Positions 1-10,846 of a DNA stretch of 64,000 nt are shown here, in pieces. The number at the start of each line of letters is the position of its first letter. Positions within the stretch are counted from its first letter, which is position 1. The stretch lies in IMG/VR virus record IMGVR_UViG_3300024322_000001; one strand, given 5' to 3'. A program made the position numbers and the translations under genes. The DNA comes from a virus. Its lineage: Duplodnaviria; Caudoviricetes. The notes below the pieces were generated by a model. That model had not been told where the DNA came from. It worked only from the letters and a program-made list of their open reading frames with translations, and searched no databases.

Positions 1-231
1 TTTAGGGTTACGTGTTACGTTATCATATATACCGCCATCTGCACTACTGCTAGGAATACTAGGATCTGGTACAGGTGTTGCTGTAGTAGCATACGCATCT
101 AATATACTTTGCGGTATCTGACTGATGGGAAGAGGGAGGTCCCCCCTATCTACACTACTACTGTAGAGCAAGTTTAGGTTGCCTGCGCCGTAGGTATTTG
201 GGTCTCTTAATTTAAATTCTAACTCAGTCAT
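1..231 (-). CDS. 5' part of a probable structural (tail/baseplate-region) protein, runs off the window
   Basis: ATG at 231, open frame MTELEFKLRDPNTYGAG... to base 1; follows the 1141-aa structural gene. Confidence 0.6.
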   Translation of the reverse strand, partial: MTELEFKLRDPNTYGAGNLNLLYSSSVDRGDLPLPISQIPQSILDAYATTATPVPDPSIPSSSADGGIYDNVTRNPK

Positions 232-258
232 TTAGTATTCTGTTATTACGTATATATT

Positions 259-3200
259 TTAGATATAGTTAAAAGTTAAGAACATATCTGCTCCTGTAGC
301 TCCGCTGAATGTTAAGTCAGCTATATCCCCTACCTCTGTTAATGTAGAACCATCAGCTCCAATTTCATAATGTCTTAACTCTAACGTACCGAAGTTGCCG
401 TTGTTATTTCTTTGAGTATTCTTCATATAAATATTATTAGTACCTGCAACTAGGTAGGAAGGGTCAAAATATGAACTAGACATTAAGTCTAACGGGCATA
501 CGAAACCTGCTCCAGAAGGAGAGATCGTTAAGTCTTCATCCGTTGAACCAATAAATACTCCTCCTACTTGAGCGTTTGTACTTAAGTCTAACGCCCCAAT
601 ATAGTTATCATTTAAGAATACATCAAAGTTATCATCTTTAGCTGAATTGGAATTGCATACCTGCATAACAAAAACCTGTCCATCAGGTGTAGGTAATCCT
701 GTATCGGCTTCTCCAAAGTCTGCATAATAGTCTACATTTGCAAATATAGTATCTTGTTTAGGAATAAAAAGAGTACTCCCTGTGGTGATATAGCTTGCAT
801 CGGGACCACTTTTCCATCCCTTAAACTCCCCTATGGATGCGTTGGCTTCTAACACAAGGGGTTTCTCAGTTATTAAATGGGAAATAGGAAGTGAAGTTGT
901 AGAGTATGGAGTTACATATGGGGATACTACCCGTACCCTTCCAACAGCTCCATCTTCATTATTAATATTAAATTTAAAGAACTCTCCTAAAAAATCTATA
1001 TCTAAATCTACATCACAAGCTAAAGGTAGTATTTCGTTTAAACTAAAAGATCTTATGTTGAAAAAACTAATAGGCTGTTGTTGTGATTTAAACTTATTAC
1101 CTGTGTTTAGCTCCCCTCTAGTTATAGTCATATTAGAACCGCTAAATTCTCCTGTAAGTCTTGGCTCCTCAGAGCTCATATTTCTTGGAATTGAACCTAT
1201 AGGGGAAATAACAGAACTCTCATAGTTAGTTGTATAAGGAGATTTATTAGCTTTACCGAACATATCTCCGCTAGAGCCGGTAATGTTAAGAAGTTTAACT
1301 GAGCCGGTTATTAATTCATCCGAGAAAGATACTTTAACTTGTTTTGCTTTACTTCTATGTAGAATATGTGATCGTACAATTACACCTGTTGTAGCGCTTG
1401 CCCTTGCGGGTATAAATTCCTTTACTAACCTGAATAGAACATTATCAAAAAACTTGATCAAGCGTATATAATCTGTAGGTTCTCTATAGTTTGCTATTTC
1501 ATCGGTCCATTTAAATCGATCTCTCGGTTCATTAGAGTCTCCTCTATTAACATCAGCATTACCTCTAACATCTTTATGAGAATCTTCCCACCTTAGTACA
1601 ACCCACTGCCAAAAGTTGTAAGGAGAAAAATCTTCGTCAAAAGTTTCTTCTGTAAGTCGGTCTAATGAGTAGTACTTGTCTTTTCCAGAGTCTCTAGGAT
1701 CACCGATATAGTCGTCAAAGTTATAACTTCCGCTATATTTTAGACGTATTATATCATTAGTAGGTTGAGCTATATCGAATCCTACTTCTATATCGTGTAA
1801 GTCGTCTGTGAATTTATTCTCTTTATTAGTTATACTTACATATTTAGATAATGTACTTCCAGTTACTAGTGAACCTGTGTTATTAAGTCTAAGTTTAGCT
1901 AAAGAGCTAGTAACTTCCTCTTGTTCAGAAAAGAAACGGCCTGAGGTAATATCTGTTCCACCTCTTTGTTTAATAGTGAGTATATTATCTGGTATACCGA
2001 AGCAGTTAATCAGTGCTCTTAACCCTCTATGTGTACCTTTTGCTTTAGTTAGATACGGAAGGTTGTGGTAAATACGTTTGTAAATCTCTTTCTGGTAGTT
2101 ATCCTCGGGCATTGGTTGAAGATAATCTAAGCCACTTCCTGAGGTAATTTGTCGAAAGCTGTTTATAACTTCTCCTGTGCTTCCTGAGTCGTAATTTTCT
2201 CCGACAAATGCGGAAAATAAATTCTGTAAGCTTCTATTACTGTTGTATAGGTTATATCCGAAACTCTCTATTGCATCTCTTACTAAGTCTTTAGAAATAC
2301 CAAAGTCTAATCTATTATCAGCATCGTATTTATCAGACACTGCTTTAAAGTATATCCAGAGATTATCAAAATGTTGACCAATCATATGTGTAAACATTAA
2401 GATAGGCTCATTAGACTCATCATCTCTTACATAGAGAGGAAGGGTATTTGTTAGTACATCATCGTTTGAGTTATCATATACAGATGCTGTTGTAAGCTGT
2501 TTAGTAAACCAATTAGTAGACTCAACAGTATCGCTTGATTGGTTTACATAAGGTGCTTTGTTATTTGACTTAGGCCATGCATAAGAACCACTTTCATAAT
2601 AAAGGTACCTATCGTAATGATCAAAATTCTCTACGATACCTTGTAAGAGTCCGTTGTAGTAGTCTTTACTTCCTGATATCCCTATCTTTTTGTAACCTGT
2701 GCTTTCGATTGCTTTAATACTGGTTTCGTAAGACTGTATAAGTTCTAGCTTATATTTAAAGTTACGTAGTCTTTCTTCTGCAGATGAAAAGTGTATGAAG
2801 TCAGAATAGTCAGAATGGTTTATACTTATTTGAGCACTGTTTTCATTGAATAAGGAGTAAAGTGAATAGTATGAACTTGTTACTGGAAAGCTAAATAATT
2901 GATCAAAGTTAAAAAACTCTGTTGGGTTATTATTTTCTTTCTGTACTTCAACATCAAAGTTAGGACCTTTTAGAGACGGTATCTTTACTATATCAGGTAT
3001 TAGCTCTGTAATGACAGAGAATGTAGCAGTGTCTGCAATAGTCTCTAAAACTCTACAAATAGATTTAGATTCCCATATATTAGGAAGTGGTTCGTATAAT
3101 TTTAATACGAGAGACACGTTATTTTTATATTCCTGTACATCAATATTGATTATAGAATATATATTATTTTTTCCGAAATCTAATTTAAGGTCTGAGAAGT

Positions 3201-3684
3201 ACGCGTTGTTTTCTAACTTAGCTCGTATTTGTTGAACTCTCAATTCTAAATCCTCATCGTCAACTTCTAGGGTTAAGAGTCTTATTTCTGTTCTATCCCC
3301 TGATACTTCTTCAAGATAGAAGTTTTTAGCTACGGTAGAATCTGAGAATAGATCGGAAAAGAAGTTGTATGTTAATAGTATATCACCATTTCTATACCCA
3401 TTTGATTTAGCGTCTTGTGCAGGATTAATTTCTAAGTTGGATGCACCAGATTTACCTGCTCCAGATGCTAAGCTTGTTTGAGTTGCACCTCTATAGTTTA
3501 GTTGAGTCTTTAGCAATGTGCCTTCTAGAGTATAGAAGTGTAGGTCGATAAAATCAACAGTACTATTGAATAGATTATTTATTGAAAAGGGACCTACTAG
3601 TTCCTTATCCTTCAACTTTAACTTTGATTTAGTATCGTAGTCAAAGTTCTCTATTTGATTTACTATGTATTTAGTTATCGCCAT
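259..3684 (-). CDS. large baseplate wedge-like structural protein
   Basis: 1141 aa; LTKAKGT..GLRALINCFG motif typical of wedge/P2 gpI-like domains; downstream of gp6/gp25-like genes. Confidence 0.6.
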   Translation of the reverse strand: MAITKYIVNQIENFDYDTKSKLKLKDKELVGPFSINNLFNSTVDFIDLHFYTLEGTLLKTQLNYRGATQTSLASGAGKSGASNLEINPAQDAKSNGYRNGDILLTYNFFSDLFSDSTVAKNFYLEEVSGDRTEIRLLTLEVDDEDLELRVQQIRAKLENNAYFSDLKLDFGKNNIYSIINIDVQEYKNNVSLVLKLYEPLPNIWESKSICRVLETIADTATFSVITELIPDIVKIPSLKGPNFDVEVQKENNNPTEFFNFDQLFSFPVTSSYYSLYSLFNENSAQISINHSDYSDFIHFSSAEERLRNFKYKLELIQSYETSIKAIESTGYKKIGISGSKDYYNGLLQGIVENFDHYDRYLYYESGSYAWPKSNNKAPYVNQSSDTVESTNWFTKQLTTASVYDNSNDDVLTNTLPLYVRDDESNEPILMFTHMIGQHFDNLWIYFKAVSDKYDADNRLDFGISKDLVRDAIESFGYNLYNSNRSLQNLFSAFVGENYDSGSTGEVINSFRQITSGSGLDYLQPMPEDNYQKEIYKRIYHNLPYLTKAKGTHRGLRALINCFGIPDNILTIKQRGGTDITSGRFFSEQEEVTSSLAKLRLNNTGSLVTGSTLSKYVSITNKENKFTDDLHDIEVGFDIAQPTNDIIRLKYSGSYNFDDYIGDPRDSGKDKYYSLDRLTEETFDEDFSPYNFWQWVVLRWEDSHKDVRGNADVNRGDSNEPRDRFKWTDEIANYREPTDYIRLIKFFDNVLFRLVKEFIPARASATTGVIVRSHILHRSKAKQVKVSFSDELITGSVKLLNITGSSGDMFGKANKSPYTTNYESSVISPIGSIPRNMSSEEPRLTGEFSGSNMTITRGELNTGNKFKSQQQPISFFNIRSFSLNEILPLACDVDLDIDFLGEFFKFNINNEDGAVGRVRVVSPYVTPYSTTSLPISHLITEKPLVLEANASIGEFKGWKSGPDASYITTGSTLFIPKQDTIFANVDYYADFGEADTGLPTPDGQVFVMQVCNSNSAKDDNFDVFLNDNYIGALDLSTNAQVGGVFIGSTDEDLTISPSGAGFVCPLDLMSSSYFDPSYLVAGTNNIYMKNTQRNNNGNFGTLELRHYEIGADGSTLTEVGDIADLTFSGATGADMFLTFNYI

Positions 3685-4042
3685 TCTCTATTCCTGCTTT
3701 ACTATTTGCAAGCTGTATTTCTAAGTCTACTACTTTTTTATTTGCTTCTAAAAGCTGGTCTCTTAATTCTGCTATTTCATCTAATAGTGGTTGAATATCT
3801 AGCAGTGCTTCTTGAATTTGTACTAGTTCACTACTTCTCTCTATTAAATACTTATGGGAACTGCCTTCTCCTTCTAATGGAATATCTAAATACAGATCTT
3901 CATAATCTTTGAAAAACTGTTCTACGGTTTTAATAGATACTTCATCCTCTTCGTTAATAAACGATTTAAAATCTGTATCTACAACTTTTCCAAAAGAATC
4001 TTTCTGGTAAACTGTTTTTTGTATTTTTATATTACTACCCAT
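3671..4042 (-). CDS. hypothetical coiled-coil protein in baseplate operon
   Basis: 123 aa, overlaps both neighbours, C-terminal heptad pattern. Confidence 0.7.
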   Translation of the reverse strand: MGSNIKIQKTVYQKDSFGKVVDTDFKSFINEEDEVSIKTVEQFFKDYEDLYLDIPLEGEGSSHKYLIERSSELVQIQEALLDIQPLLDEIAELRDQLLEANKKVVDLEIQLANSKAGIENGDN

Positions 4043-5084
4043 TCCTTACTACCTTAAAAACATTTTTATTATCTAGAACTACCGTGCTCCCATCTAATGT
4101 AGTTTTGATTAATAGTCTATAGTACCTTTCAGGTTGAAGAGTATCCATATAGATATCAAAGTAACTACTGGTATTATCTGCACTGATTTTAGTATAGTTA
4201 CTATCAAAATCTATAATCATTTCTTCGCTAAATTCATCTTTAATTCCCCAATAGGAATTTGCTGGTAATTTATTTTCTGTTAAATATACAGAACCTGTTG
4301 AAAAAGTCTTGACTGGGTATTTAGGTCTAGCAGAAAGTCTAAATCTAGCTATGTCTGAGTCTATGTATTTTTCTTTATGGTTTTTAATAGTTACTGTGGC
4401 GATATCTGTATTTAATGTGTTTAAGCTGCTATCGTAATTAGAGTCATCCCATTTAAGTTCAAGATATGGAGGAAAAATGGTACTGGTATTAGTCCCAAAA
4501 TACTTTAAATTAACAGATGATGTCAATTCATTTTCTTGACTATCTTGAAATTTTAAGATTATTCCATCATTATCTATACTCCCTCCACTATATGAATTAA
4601 TATACCCTGTAACGTCTATATCTAAGTCTAAAGAAGAAATTAAATCAAACTTTTGAGAAGATGAATTTGAATCTACTGTGAAGTCCCCTCCTGGTGTAGT
4701 CCAGTTTATACCTGGCTCTTTTGCTATCCATGTTACACCTGTTGTATTTGCAGGACTGTCTCCTAATTTACCTGTACCTTGTAACCATGAGCCGTTTATT
4801 CGATGTGCTTCTACTGTGTATTCTTGTGGAAGTTGTATTCCATCTGCAAGGTAGAGATGTAGGGAAGCAGAATAGGGACCGGATACTTTAGTGCTAAGAG
4901 CACTATTTATGTCTCGATCTGAAAATTTAATAAGTATCCGGCTTGAGCGGCCTATTCCATCATCATCAGGAAATGAACGAACTTCTAATATCTCATCTAA
5001 ACCAGCATTACCGTATACACCAGCTGTGTTCGGTTCACTGAGTATTGTTGCGTCTTTTTCTGGGTAAATTCTATATATTGCCAT
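4035..5084 (-). CDS. baseplate-associated structural protein (beta-sandwich, DNRLRE-like)
   Basis: 349 aa; PEKDAT..., W..PGGDF and PPYLELKWDD motifs; operonic. Confidence 0.5.
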   Translation of the reverse strand: MAIYRIYPEKDATILSEPNTAGVYGNAGLDEILEVRSFPDDDGIGRSSRILIKFSDRDINSALSTKVSGPYSASLHLYLADGIQLPQEYTVEAHRINGSWLQGTGKLGDSPANTTGVTWIAKEPGINWTTPGGDFTVDSNSSSQKFDLISSLDLDIDVTGYINSYSGGSIDNDGIILKFQDSQENELTSSVNLKYFGTNTSTIFPPYLELKWDDSNYDSSLNTLNTDIATVTIKNHKEKYIDSDIARFRLSARPKYPVKTFSTGSVYLTENKLPANSYWGIKDEFSEEMIIDFDSNYTKISADNTSSYFDIYMDTLQPERYYRLLIKTTLDGSTVVLDNKNVFKVVRNG

Positions 5085-5085
5085 C

Positions 5086-6897
5086 CTATAATGTTGTTAC
5101 TCTTCCTTCTATATCTTGATTAGGGTATTTAACTTCAAAACAACATGGGTCGTATGAAGGATATAGAACATTGTTTTTAGTTGCTCCATCAGTATCGTAG
5201 CCGAATTCACTATATCTCCCTCCTGCTTTATTGTTTATAGAAATATTTTTTACCGTCTGAACTCCTTTTATTCTATCTAATTCAGTATATATAGTTGAAA
5301 TATTAATCGGTTGATTGATAGTAAGTTTATCTTTTGCAAATAAATTTTTCAGCTTTTCTGTACACTTAAGTAATACGTCTCTAGATTGGTAGTTAGGGAG
5401 AGTAATTATTTCAAACTTTATTCCTATGTTTACTACAAAAGCATCTTTTAGCTCTACTGCATCTGTAAGCATCATATACTCTGATAAGTATCTTCTGATA
5501 TTATCTTTTAGGGTTTTAGAAGCAGGTACTAAATGTCCATTGTTATCAAATGCTAATACATATAGAGCAAGAGCTAACCTATTAACACTTAGTACTGATT
5601 TAGTATTAGATGCAGTATGGTCTTGAGTAACGAATATTTTAGCTATTGAACCATATTGAGGTGGTAATGAAAGAGCCCTAACAGCGTAATCCTGTAGTGT
5701 GACTACTCTTTTCTGTTCTGCATACGCTCTTATACTATTCTCACGTAATTCTTCAATAGTATCACCATCTCTACCTCCTAGTGCTGGTGTGATATTATTA
5801 AACGTTAGAGTAGATACTTTAGATGAATCAGCTGCAGTTGTTGTTATCGCATCGATTAAGTTAATTGTATTAGCAGGAGCGTTAGCTTTTACTCCTCCAC
5901 CGACGATATATCTTATTGTTAAAGTAGTATTAGAAGGTGCTAAACCGTAAGACTTAGTAAAAAGGAAATTAGAAGGATCATAAGCTACATCTAATCTAGG
6001 AAGTTCACTTCTTGTTTGATAAGCTATAGTATTAGGGTCCGGTAAAAATTCTTCATTATCTTCTGTGCTAATTCCTGCGCCGAATTGAATTTGAAGTACT
6101 CCGGTAGATGTTAACCTAGTAACAAACCTTCTTGGGACTTTTTTAAGTTTTAATACGTTAGGAGCTAGAGATTTATCCTCTGTTAAATTACGTTCCTCTA
6201 CAAATACTGTATCTTGACCAAGAAATGGGACTTCATACCATTTATTACCGTCGCTATCTACTATATCCAATATCCCTACTATATCATCTGCTTCTATATT
6301 GATAGTAGCGAATTTTTCTGAGATTGTATAAGATTCCTGTGTGGTTTTTACTGTGCCGGAAAAAGCTTTTGTCGTCTTCTTTAGAAGAAATTCCGATGGT
6401 TTACCGTCTGTTAAGGTATTAACAGTTATTTCGGTTGGATCATACGAGCTAGAAAAATTAAAATCGACCTTATTAGTAAGCAGGAATACTGTTTGATCTT
6501 TAGTATCAGCCTTAACAGTGCTGTTTTCTGCTATAGTTATAGCTTGATCAAAATCAGGTTTAGCATCTACACCTTTCGCGTCTACAGTTTGAGTAACAGT
6601 AAGTTCTACTTCTGCTACATTAGTAGCTTTAGGCTTATAGCCCATCATATAAGCTAAAGAATAAAGGTTTGCAGGATTTTTAGCATGTTGTAAGAATGTT
6701 TCCTGTAGTTGTGTATCTTGGTAAAATGACATTACGTCTCCTACGTATGATGCCATTTCTATTAACATCAAACCTGGAGAGGTTGGTGAAAAATCATTAT
6801 AAGAATCAGGAAAGTAGGATTTTGCATACTCTACTAATTGAGTACGGAAATCGTCAAAATTCTTATTTATATACTTTATGTCTCTTGTTTCTGCCAT
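5086..6897 (-). CDS. baseplate wedge subunit (T4 gp6 / baseplate J-like)
   Basis: N-terminal FDDFRTQL..YNDFS..SPGLMLIEMASYVGD and GGRDGDTIEELR..RVVTLQDY signatures. Confidence 0.9.
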   Translation of the reverse strand: MAETRDIKYINKNFDDFRTQLVEYAKSYFPDSYNDFSPTSPGLMLIEMASYVGDVMSFYQDTQLQETFLQHAKNPANLYSLAYMMGYKPKATNVAEVELTVTQTVDAKGVDAKPDFDQAITIAENSTVKADTKDQTVFLLTNKVDFNFSSSYDPTEITVNTLTDGKPSEFLLKKTTKAFSGTVKTTQESYTISEKFATINIEADDIVGILDIVDSDGNKWYEVPFLGQDTVFVEERNLTEDKSLAPNVLKLKKVPRRFVTRLTSTGVLQIQFGAGISTEDNEEFLPDPNTIAYQTRSELPRLDVAYDPSNFLFTKSYGLAPSNTTLTIRYIVGGGVKANAPANTINLIDAITTTAADSSKVSTLTFNNITPALGGRDGDTIEELRENSIRAYAEQKRVVTLQDYAVRALSLPPQYGSIAKIFVTQDHTASNTKSVLSVNRLALALYVLAFDNNGHLVPASKTLKDNIRRYLSEYMMLTDAVELKDAFVVNIGIKFEIITLPNYQSRDVLLKCTEKLKNLFAKDKLTINQPINISTIYTELDRIKGVQTVKNISINNKAGGRYSEFGYDTDGATKNNVLYPSYDPCCFEVKYPNQDIEGRVTTL

Positions 6898-7307
6898 TAT
6901 ATTGCTACATTTATTAACAGTTCGTCATTTATACCTGTTTCTGCTATAGAATAAGAAAGGTAGAACCCTATAGTATTTCTATCCTCATTTGCTACTAATT
7001 TTATTTCTTTAGGTATAACTCTTGGAAAATATATCTCAATTGCTTCTCTAGCTCTCGCATCTAAAGCATCTATTTTATCTTTAGTTATATTTTCAAAAAG
7101 TTCATTCCTTAGTCCAAATCCAAATAGTGGGTTCAAGTATCTTTCTCCTCTACCTGTTAAGAAGTAGTTAATAAGGTTATTTTTAATAGAATCTTTAGTT
7201 TGGAAGTTAGAACTAAACGCTGATTTAGCAGAGAAAGGAAGTTCTATCCCAACTGCTTTTCTAGGTTGTAAATCTAGAGGGTTTATTTTTTTAACTTCAA
7301 ATGCCAT
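6897..7307 (-). CDS. baseplate gp25-like protein
   Basis: IKNNL..LTGRGERYLNPLFG..LFE..YFPRV signature; adjacent to gp6-like gene. Confidence 0.9.
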   Translation of the reverse strand: MAFEVKKINPLDLQPRKAVGIELPFSAKSAFSSNFQTKDSIKNNLINYFLTGRGERYLNPLFGFGLRNELFENITKDKIDALDARAREAIEIYFPRVIPKEIKLVANEDRNTIGFYLSYSIAETGINDELLINVAI

Positions 7308-7308
7308 A

Positions 7309-7725
7309 TTATCCTAATCTTACTTTATCTTTTTGGTATGATGCTTCTAGAACATCTTTTGCTTTATTTACAAAATCTAACTTAGATATGTCTATACCGG
7401 GCAGTGCTCCTTGTTGCATACCTAATTTACTAGCCATTTTAGCAGAAGTAGAAGGTGGTTGTGCACCTGTAATGTTATTAAACTCTTCTGGTGTCATATT
7501 GGCTTTTGTCATTGTTAGCATTTCATCTATGCTATTGCCGCCCATTACTGGGTTGGTTCTACTAGGAGTAGGTATTACTACTTCAGTAGGGGTTTTTTTA
7601 GTATAGAACGTCTGTTTAGGGGCACTAGCTATTTTAACTGCTTCAGTTAATACTTCTTGTAACTCCTCCTTAATAGCTGCTCTAACTTCTTCTCGTATGA
7701 TTGTTCGTAATTGATCGAGTTTCAT
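7309..7725 (-). CDS. hypothetical late protein
   Basis: 138 aa, N-terminal LRTIIREEVR motif; late-type motif directly upstream. Confidence 0.7.
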   Translation of the reverse strand: MKLDQLRTIIREEVRAAIKEELQEVLTEAVKIASAPKQTFYTKKTPTEVVIPTPSRTNPVMGGNSIDEMLTMTKANMTPEEFNNITGAQPPSTSAKMASKLGMQQGALPGIDISKLDFVNKAKDVLEASYQKDKVRLG

Positions 7726-7742
7726 ATATATAAATAGTTAAG

Positions 7743-9317
7743 TTAAGAAAGTTGGTTGTCTATTTTAAATTTAATTTCCTCTAATAGTATTTCTTTCGAA
7801 GAACTATATGAGTCTGGTCCTTTGAAATAAACTATCCCGTTCTTTTCTCCAGTAGCGTAATGCCTTGGTGCGAGTATTGGGGATTCGTTTGTTCTTTGGA
7901 TTTTTAAAGTATAACCTTTATAATCATTATTAGAATCTTCGTCTTCACTTGATGATTCTTTTTCTATTAGGTTATCTGTAAGTTTAGCTAAATCTTCTTT
8001 CAATTCCTTGAGAATATCTAAAGGAATAGAATCAGTTAAATTTTTCTGAAGTTTACCTATACTTGATTGTAGCCCTTGCACTGCTACATTAGCCTGGTTA
8101 GAGTTATTTGGATCTATTTTCTTTGTGTTAGAAAAATTATCAAATTCATTTAACCGGTTTCCTTTTTTATTTAATTGGGAATCTTTTTCTGAATCCGTTA
8201 TTGGTATGTTTTTAGATTTTAACTTACTATCCGATGTATCTATCTTGGTTAGTTTATCGGATATATTCCTTAATACATTATCTAGTTGTGCGAATGCTTG
8301 TGCTTTCCCAGTTAGAGAAGAAGGATCAATATCTAACTCCACAACTCTTATTTCTTTTTCCGGTACCCCTGCTTTGGAAAGCTTCTTCTTTGCACTTAAT
8401 GCTGGTGTCTGAATAGTAGAAGGTGGGGTTTGTATTATTGCTCCTGTATCTTCTTTCTTAGATATAATAACTGCAAATTTATTTATTACTTTTCCGTTTA
8501 ATTTTTCTACAGGTAGTCTAAAAGCATCTCCTTCTCTCAGTACATTTAATTTAGGTCCAGATGCTGGTAAATCAGAAAGTGATTTTTTACCCTTGAGGTA
8601 TACTTTTGGTAAGTTAACTTTTTTTGCTAAATCCTTTTCAAGTTTACTCTTAGGGGAATCGGTATTTTCCGGCTTTAGTACTTTAGAACCGAATGAATCT
8701 AATACGTTATTACCATCATCATCGATTATGCCTAACTCTTTTTGTTGTTTCTTATTTAATTTACTTTTAACTGTATTGCTTATTTTGCATACAGCAATTG
8801 GAGTGCCAATCTCTGATACTCTGGCTGACATACCTGATGTTGAACCGGATACATCTTTAAGGCATCCTTCTATAGCATCTGCGGTAATAAGCATAGCTAT
8901 TGCAAACTCTTTCATTAAGTTTAAAATATCTGCAAAGTTAGTAGTAAAAGCAGTTGGAAGACCTAATATTAAACCACCTGCAGGTCCTGGAGGAATACCT
9001 ATTGCTTGGGGTACGGGTAGTTTTATAATTGTATTTACTACAGCAAGAATACCGCTTACTGGGCCTTTAATAGCACCTGGGAGTGCTTTAAATGCACCTA
9101 GGTTACTAGTTAGACCTGTAGATAGGGATGAAAGTCCAGCTAATTTTGCTGATATCTGAGCTAATTCAGCTGGGCTAGGGCATTCTGGTTTTCTAAGGGC
9201 ATTAGCTGCTTGTGATGTTGCAGTTAGTCCTTTAGATAATACCACACCGTTAAGTTTACCGATTTGTGTACCGATAACTCCATGGATCTTTGGGGGTTTA
9301 AACTTTTCAAATGGCAT
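7743..9317 (-). CDS. hypothetical baseplate/tail-associated protein
   Basis: 524 aa with hydrophobic G/P-rich segment (PVPQAIGIPPGPAGG); between gp5-like and gp25-like genes. Confidence 0.55.
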   Translation of the reverse strand: MPFEKFKPPKIHGVIGTQIGKLNGVVLSKGLTATSQAANALRKPECPSPAELAQISAKLAGLSSLSTGLTSNLGAFKALPGAIKGPVSGILAVVNTIIKLPVPQAIGIPPGPAGGLILGLPTAFTTNFADILNLMKEFAIAMLITADAIEGCLKDVSGSTSGMSARVSEIGTPIAVCKISNTVKSKLNKKQQKELGIIDDDGNNVLDSFGSKVLKPENTDSPKSKLEKDLAKKVNLPKVYLKGKKSLSDLPASGPKLNVLREGDAFRLPVEKLNGKVINKFAVIISKKEDTGAIIQTPPSTIQTPALSAKKKLSKAGVPEKEIRVVELDIDPSSLTGKAQAFAQLDNVLRNISDKLTKIDTSDSKLKSKNIPITDSEKDSQLNKKGNRLNEFDNFSNTKKIDPNNSNQANVAVQGLQSSIGKLQKNLTDSIPLDILKELKEDLAKLTDNLIEKESSSEDEDSNNDYKGYTLKIQRTNESPILAPRHYATGEKNGIVYFKGPDSYSSSKEILLEEIKFKIDNQLS

Positions 9318-9318
9318 A

Positions 9319-10458
9319 CTATTCTGTAAATACTTTTATTGAATCTAAATCATCTATTGCTTTCTTTATAGAACCTAAAGGTCCGGCCATGGAAGCTCCG
9401 TGGGATTTTATTTGAGCTAAACCTGGTGCTGAAGATCCGGCTGTGGATACTCCTGCTAATGCTTTTCCTAAACGTTGAAGTTCAGATAGTAAATCTCTCA
9501 TCCAGTCTTGAGTTGTAGCTCCTAGTAGGACTGGTTCTTTTTCTTTGAATGCTGCTGTACCTAAGTAAACTTTAGTAGCATCAACAGCTACATACTCTTC
9601 TCCGTCCCAGCTAACTCTTGCTGCATTTCCTCCTATATCTTCTACAGCTGAAAGAAGTATGTTCTCTTCTTTAGCGTTAAAAAATAATCTACCGGAATTA
9701 ATCATTACTTGAGAGCCTTTATATGCATCTCCTTCTTCAGGACCTGAATTCCAAGCTTTGCGTTTACTATTAGCTTGAGATAGTTCTATCTTATGATCCT
9801 CTACCATGTAGATAGAGGCTGGGTCATCGTTTATATTCTCTACTACAGTGCTATCAGCTGAAGCTCCAACTTTACCGTTGCTAATAATAGTAATAGCTTT
9901 TTGGTTATCGTTTTTAACAAACATTTGGTCATGATCGACTCCTGTAAATCTAAGAGTTTGACCTTGTCTACCCTCCACTGTAAGGTCACCTTGAAACGGC
10001 TGTAAAGGACCTACATTTGCTTTATCCTCATAATTGTAACCTAATTCTTCTAACCCTTGCTTTGTATCAGGGAATGCATTATTATGAGGATTGTTCCATA
10101 AGTTAACTATTGTAGTATAGTATGAACGAGAATTATTAACATTAGCTTCATCTCTATCTATAGCGGGCGCAGCAGTTAGTAGTACTATTTCGTTCAATAG
10201 GGGGTAAGATTTAAAATTAAAGTTAAGAGGGAAAGCAACGTCTAAGAGGGTTGCATCTGATTCATCTTGATATTCTCCTATAACCCTATACTTAATAGCA
10301 CCTAGAGCTTCCATTTTACCATATTTATCCCATTCGGGGTGAGTATCGTCTAATATTATATCGACTACCCTTACAGGTACTAGACCACTGGTACTGTCTT
10401 TAGCTTTTACTTTACTGCTAAAGAGGCTATCTAAACCGCCTTTGTTTAAGTTATACAT
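9319..10458 (-). CDS. baseplate hub/spike protein (gp5-like)
   Basis: 379 aa; N-terminal V.D..L..YPL.NE.V OB-like region, EGRQGQTLRF and QVMINSGRL beta-strand motifs; position in module. Confidence 0.6.
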   Translation of the reverse strand: MYNLNKGGLDSLFSSKVKAKDSTSGLVPVRVVDIILDDTHPEWDKYGKMEALGAIKYRVIGEYQDESDATLLDVAFPLNFNFKSYPLLNEIVLLTAAPAIDRDEANVNNSRSYYTTIVNLWNNPHNNAFPDTKQGLEELGYNYEDKANVGPLQPFQGDLTVEGRQGQTLRFTGVDHDQMFVKNDNQKAITIISNGKVGASADSTVVENINDDPASIYMVEDHKIELSQANSKRKAWNSGPEEGDAYKGSQVMINSGRLFFNAKEENILLSAVEDIGGNAARVSWDGEEYVAVDATKVYLGTAAFKEKEPVLLGATTQDWMRDLLSELQRLGKALAGVSTAGSSAPGLAQIKSHGASMAGPLGSIKKAIDDLDSIKVFTE

Positions 10459-10823
10459 TAATTTTCTTTATCCTCGTTAGTTTTATCCTCTAAGTCCTCT
10501 TGTGTTTCTTCTGTCTCTTCTAATAATGCTGCTAGTTCAGAAGGATCCCACATTTCTCCGTCTCCGCCTTTAGCTTGAGCTGATTCTATCCTCTGTATTA
10601 TTGCTGCCATTTTTATTAATGCATCATCGTTTTTAACTCCTATTTCCATATACTCTTTAATCATAGGTACAATTAATGTAGCATCTCCTATATTCTCTAT
10701 AAGAGGTTTCAATTCTCCAATAAGTGATCTAACTTGATTTCTAGTTGTGGATGAATTATCATGAATTTCAGAGAATAAATCGGACAGTGTCTTATTGCCG
10801 AATATTTTCTTGTCTAAAGCCAT
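10458..10823 (-). CDS. conserved phage hypothetical protein
   Basis: 121 aa helical; late-type motif at 10837-10844. Confidence 0.7.
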   Translation of the reverse strand: MALDKKIFGNKTLSDLFSEIHDNSSTTRNQVRSLIGELKPLIENIGDATLIVPMIKEYMEIGVKNDDALIKMAAIIQRIESAQAKGGDGEMWDPSELAALLEETEETQEDLEDKTNEDKEN

Positions 10824-10846
10824 ACTTAAGTTTTTATATAAATATC

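Noticed and set aside
127-150. G/C-rich hairpin-like stretch GGGAAGAGGGAGGTCCCCCC
   Set aside because: It lies inside a coding frame, pairs weakly and is not repeated
259-10458. Contractile injection system or T6SS instead of phage tail
   Set aside because: The genes are contiguous with phage replication, lysis and early genes; no T6SS membrane-complex genes seen
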